NCBI RefSeq assembly: GCF_001194135.2
Contig: NC_068982.1
Coordinates: forward strand, 85,374,771 to 85,429,379
Reading direction: 5' to 3'
From: Octopus bimaculoides
Taxonomy: Eukaryota
Length of the DNA: 54,609 nt
Position numbers and translations under genes: made by a program. The notes beneath the pieces were generated by a model. It made no database searches, was not told the DNA's origin, and was given only the letters and a program-made list of their open reading frames with translations. Shown here piece by piece: positions 1 to 54,609 of this stretch (position 1 is the first letter of the stretch; every line of letters starts with the position of its first letter).

Positions 1-232
1 GGCACATAAAAGACACCATTTCGAGCGTGGCCGTTTTCGTGCGGGTGACACGTAAAAGCACCCACTACACTCTCTGAGTGGTTGGCGTTAGGAAGGGCAT
101 CCAGCTGTAGAAACTCTGCCAAATCAGACTGGAGCCTGGTGTTGCCATCCGGTTTCACCAGTCCTCAGTCAAATCGTCCAACCCATGCTAGCATGGAAAG
201 CGGACGTTAAACGATGATGATGATGATGATGA
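1..232 (+). mobile_element. 3' tail of RTE-type LINE ending in (GAT)n
   Basis: Same tail (aaatcgtccaacccatgctagcatggaaagcggacgttaaacg(atg)n) recurs at 11305-11379; related tails follow the RT remnants at about 17600, 18290 and 36020. Confidence 0.75.
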
Positions 233-465
233 TCTGTAAATAATTAACAAATCTACACAGCATACATAAAAGAAGTGCTAATGAGGCAGTGGTGACCCAC
301 AACAATTAACATCCTTGAACTTCATAAATACCATCATTTACATATTGCAGAGCTTGCTAAAAGAAATAATGATTATTTAATTAGTCACACAAGCAACAAA
401 GACAAAATATTACAATACAGTACCATATACAAACATCAAATAACACATGTGAAATTAAATGAATG

Positions 466-1228
466 GGATCTTTCTGATTTGGTGGGCGCCATTTGTTTTC
501 TTAACGAAACACTTTCAAACTTGGGACACTGGTAGAATGTGTCATATAAAACATCTTTTACTCTTAGTGTTATTGAGAAAATGTTATCTTTTTAAAGTTA
601 TTTCGTGTTAAAATTGTCGTATTTCGGTAATTTCTACGTCTATTGAGATGAAAACAATTACTGCTGTGAATCATCAACAAAGCGTTGTGCGGTGTAATGG
701 GATTTTTTCCCTTGAATAAAATTAGTGCCGTTGTTTGTCAACAACAACTATTGACAGTAATGTTATTTATGACATCGTTCATGCATTTGTACTGGTTTTA
801 GCTTTAGGGTTTTAGGGTTAGGGTTAGGGTTATGAGTATTGGCAAAAATACTCATAACCCTAACCCTAAAACCCTAAAACTAAAACCAGTACAAACGCAC
901 GAACGATGTCATAAATAACACTACCGCCGATAGTTGTTGTTGACAAACAACGGCACTAATTTTATTCAAGGGAAAAGATCCCATTACACCGCACAACGCT
1001 TTGTTGATGATTCACAGCAGTAATTGTTTTCATCTCAATAGACGTCAGTGATTGGTTGAAATTACCGAAATACGACAATTTTTTACATGAAATAACTTCG
1101 AATACAAACATTTTTATCGGTTCTATAACACAAAATATACAAGTATACAAAGTTTTAAAGTGTTTCGGTAGAAAACACACTAGATAAAACATAAATAAAA
1201 CATGGCGCCTGCCAAATCAGAAAGATCC
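466..1228. mobile_element. Palindromic (fold-back) non-autonomous DNA transposon, possibly Merlin-type, with central telomeric repeats
   Basis: TIR ggatctttctgatttgg(tg/ca)ggcgccat at both ends; 8-bp TSD aatgaatg at 458-465 and 1229-1236; near-perfect inner arms about 637-840 and 847-1047; 6-nt loop. Confidence 0.85.
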
Positions 1229-2055
1229 AATGAATGTGATACAAACACATGTATATACTCAGAGATGTAATGAAATGTACTCAGTAGCCCCAAATGGAAA
1301 AAGTATATAACCAATCACAATGTTATATAAAAGAAGGAAGTATATACTACTCACAAATATGTCTAGAAGTCTCACATGATGTGACCAGACAAATATAGTG
1401 GCAAAATTTACTTTCATTTATTAAAACATTTAAATGCAAAGAAACAGAAAAAGAAAAGGGTGGGGCAAGCAGCAGAAACAGATGGGGAAGGAGCAATGGG
1501 CCACACACCTCATGGTGTGAACTCAGCTGTGTCCTGGGGAATAACCATGATAGCATTGCTGTGGAGAATGGCCAGTGACAATCACTGCAGCAACCACAGG
1601 ACTCATTTCTGAGATGGACCACCATTATCCTGATTTTGCGGAAGAAATTAGTAATAGGCTTCTTTCTGCTAATAAAATAATTTTCCTTGATGTCTCAACA
1701 ATGGCTGGCACAAACTAACAGTGGCTGATTTTTCTTTCCTCCATGTTATAGATGCTGATACTCAGATTTATAGTTGATACAGCAAGGTTGGAGCCAGAGA
1801 ATGTGTCGCTGCACATCATTAACCAGACTAGGGATCTTCCTCCCTCGAATGGGAAGAGGGTTATTCCATCAGGGTGCTTACCATCTCTGTTGTCGAGACC
1901 TACTGGCTCCAGCTGAGATAGGAAACCAACTGTGTTAAGGCCCCTTCTAATTATGTCATTCAGAGTGGTGTGTTGGGGACATCCAACTCATGCTAAGGCT
2001 GCAAGATAATGGATGCAAGCCAAATTCATCAACTACCACTCCACAACATTTGTGT

Positions 2056-2096
<41 letters not shown>
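2056..2096. repeat. (CA)n microsatellite
   Basis: Direct reading. Confidence 0.95.
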
Positions 2097-2099
<3 letters not shown>

Positions 2100-2175
2100 A
2101 AGGCATTGAGCCACTCCAATATGAGTGCACTCGTCATCTAAAAGAGTACTAGAAGATGAGGATGGCACTGAATTG

Positions 2176-2224
2176 CTCATAACCCTAACCCTAAAACCCT
2201 AAAACTAAAACCAGTACAAACGCA
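2176..2224 (+). repeat. 49-bp exact copy of the telomeric centre (851-899) of the palindromic element
   Basis: ctcataaccctaaccctaaaaccctaaaactaaaaccagtacaaacgca identical at both sites. Confidence 0.9.
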
Positions 2225-2743
2225 TTGCTCCTTCCCCATGCACTGCTATTTTGCTGCAAAGCAAAACAGAGGCAGGGAAGGTAGTGCTGGTCCAATGATG
2301 CCTCAACCTGCTTGAAGGTGGCCTTCAGTAGCAAAATAGTGCTTGAAGTTATTGATAATTTATTAGGTTGAGTGTTCAAGGCTATGCCACTTAAATCACG
2401 TTGTCTCCATCAATCCTGCTGGAAACATGAGATAGATTCAATAAAGTGCAATGAGTTATAGGGGAAATTGTATGTATAATGTTTGTTTTATAAGCTTACT
2501 GCATCAAATACAACCCAATTACACACTTGAAAAAGAAAAATCTACTTTTTCTGAAAATCTTATAGATGCTTTGCCTTTACCTCTTCAATGGTGATACAAA
2601 ATCCAAAATAGATATTGCTCCCTTTTCGAGGTTAAATATTTTATATAAGAATGATTGTTACAGCTGTAACTCAAAATAACACAGGTATGTATAGAACAAA
2701 ATAGATTTAGTGGGGGAATTGTACAACTATAAAGTAATCATAC

Positions 2744-53241
<50,498 letters not shown>

Positions 53242-53320
53242 CTAGAACAGAAAAATATGAATTATCAATCTTCGGCTTTAAATAATATTAGAAATCAAAA
53301 AAGAAGACTGTAAATGTAGA

Positions 53321-53545
53321 CGAGGAATTATGTACGTTATTTACATTTGACGAATATTTGTCCTCATCTTGTTTGTTGTTAACACGTTTTGGCTGATATA
53401 TCCTCCAGCCTTAATCAGGTGTCCTGGGTTTGAAATTTTCCCAAAACACCTGATGAAGGCTGGCGGGTACACCAGCCAAAACATTGTGTTAACAACAAAC
53501 AATATGAGGACAAATATCCGTCAAATGCAAATAATGTAAATAATG
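53321..53545. mobile_element. Short palindromic Penelope-derived element, each arm carrying a decayed hammerhead motif
   Basis: Arms about 53333-53422 and 53446-53538; flanking direct repeat tgtaaatgtaga (about 53309-20 and 53546-57); ACAC-CUGAUGA-AGGCUG..CAGCC-(G>A)AAA at 53446-53490. Confidence 0.75.
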
Positions 53546-54360
53546 TGTAAATGTAGAGTTTCCAATATATTTTTGGATTACTCATTCCAAAGTAAAATAT
53601 AAATTTATTTTCACTTCAAAGGAAGAAAAGTTATGGAAATAAATACTCCTCATTTTGTTGAAAAAAAAATTAGAATATACGACATGGATTTGCCGGATTT
53701 CAAAGAATTATTTTTACAGAAATTTTTGCTAGAGACATGAAGGAATAGAAATCTTAATTACTCTTCAGACATTTTGATTGAAACAGAAACAACTTACAAA
53801 ATAAATCTGCAATGCAGGATAAATCTATATCATATCATGGGTGTGTCAACAGCATGAAATAACCCGAATATCTATCACCAACAAATGCACTAGTATAATG
53901 TATCAGATAAGATTTAAGTTGATTAATCAAAATAAAGCTAAAATCAGTTAAATAGATCATATAGATCAAAATATATTCCACTCAGTGCTATTTACTTGAT
54001 TATACATATATATCTATGACAGAAAGACAGGTAAAAAAAAAGCAGAGAATGAGTATACATGTGTGTACACATGGATACGAAACATAAACATGTACAAAAA
54101 ATTTGGGTGGGCAACAAGCTTATACACATGCACTCACAAAGATACATACATACATACATATATAATATAAACAGCAGTTTGCAATGTTTCACCAAAATAG
54201 AGAATTATAATTGTCACTAAGTGTGACTAGGGTGTTAGGAAACATCTACATTACTAGAAATAACAGCTAAACCATTCTAATACTGTAGTTAATGCACATG
54301 AATGAAAACATATACACTAACAGGGGCCCGTGATTATCTGAAAAATGCTGATTGAGAATT

Positions 54361-54576
54361 ATATTTGATCCTTTATATTGAACACTCAATATTTCATCTA
54401 CATTCAATACTTTATTTCATGGTGCCATCTATTTTTATTTTATTTTATTTTATCTTATATTATATATTGTATATTATATTATATATTGTATATTCCATAT
54501 TCTATATCCCACATTGGTTCTGCAGGAATATAAATAAAACATAAAAAACAGACAGTGTTGGAACTTTTTTAAACAA

Positions 54577-54586
<10 letters not shown>
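54361..54586 (-). repeat. AT-rich dispersed repeat, copy B, ending in (TA)n
   Basis: Reverse complement of 29120-29336 at about 97% identity. Confidence 0.92.

Positions 54587-54609
<23 letters not shown>

Noticed and set aside
804-885. Head-to-head TTAGGG/CCCTAA as a chromosome end-to-end fusion scar
   Set aside because: Only 3-4 units per side, embedded symmetrically in a TIR/TSD-bounded element inside an intron; better explained as part of the transposon.

Overview
AT-rich (roughly one-third GC), repeat-dense eukaryotic genomic DNA with assembly gaps. The repeat landscape (RTE LINEs ending in (GAT)n, tRNA-derived SINEs ending in (AAAGAGT/AAAGAAT)n, abundant (TA)n) looks like an octopus/coleoid cephalopod genome; this is recognition from memory, not a search result. 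The window lies inside one minus-strand gene, an ASK-family MAP3K (MAP3K5/MAP3K15/Ask1). I could place ten consecutive coding exons (53241 down to 2744), all with GT-AG junctions and consistent phases, running from the central regulatory/PH region into kinase subdomains I-V; both gene ends lie outside the window. The introns hold RTE, R4/Dong-like and CR1/L2-like LINE remnants, SINEs, two Tc1 elements, a mariner, a Merlin (ISXO2) transposase remnant, a hAT-type MITE, an internally deleted Gypsy LTR element with TSD, and three Penelope-like GIY-YIG fragments. The most unusual items are: (i) a 1.68-kb ORF1-only (HAL1-like) retroelement inserted with a TSD into a SINE head; (ii) a 763-bp fold-back transposon with an 8-bp TSD and head-to-head telomeric repeats at its centre, plus a 49-bp copy of that centre 1.3 kb away; (iii) several minimal hammerhead-ribozyme motifs in Penelope-type repeats; (iv) a ~97%-identical inverted repeat pair bracketing a six-exon, 594-nt, phase-symmetric block that could form a stop-free circRNA.
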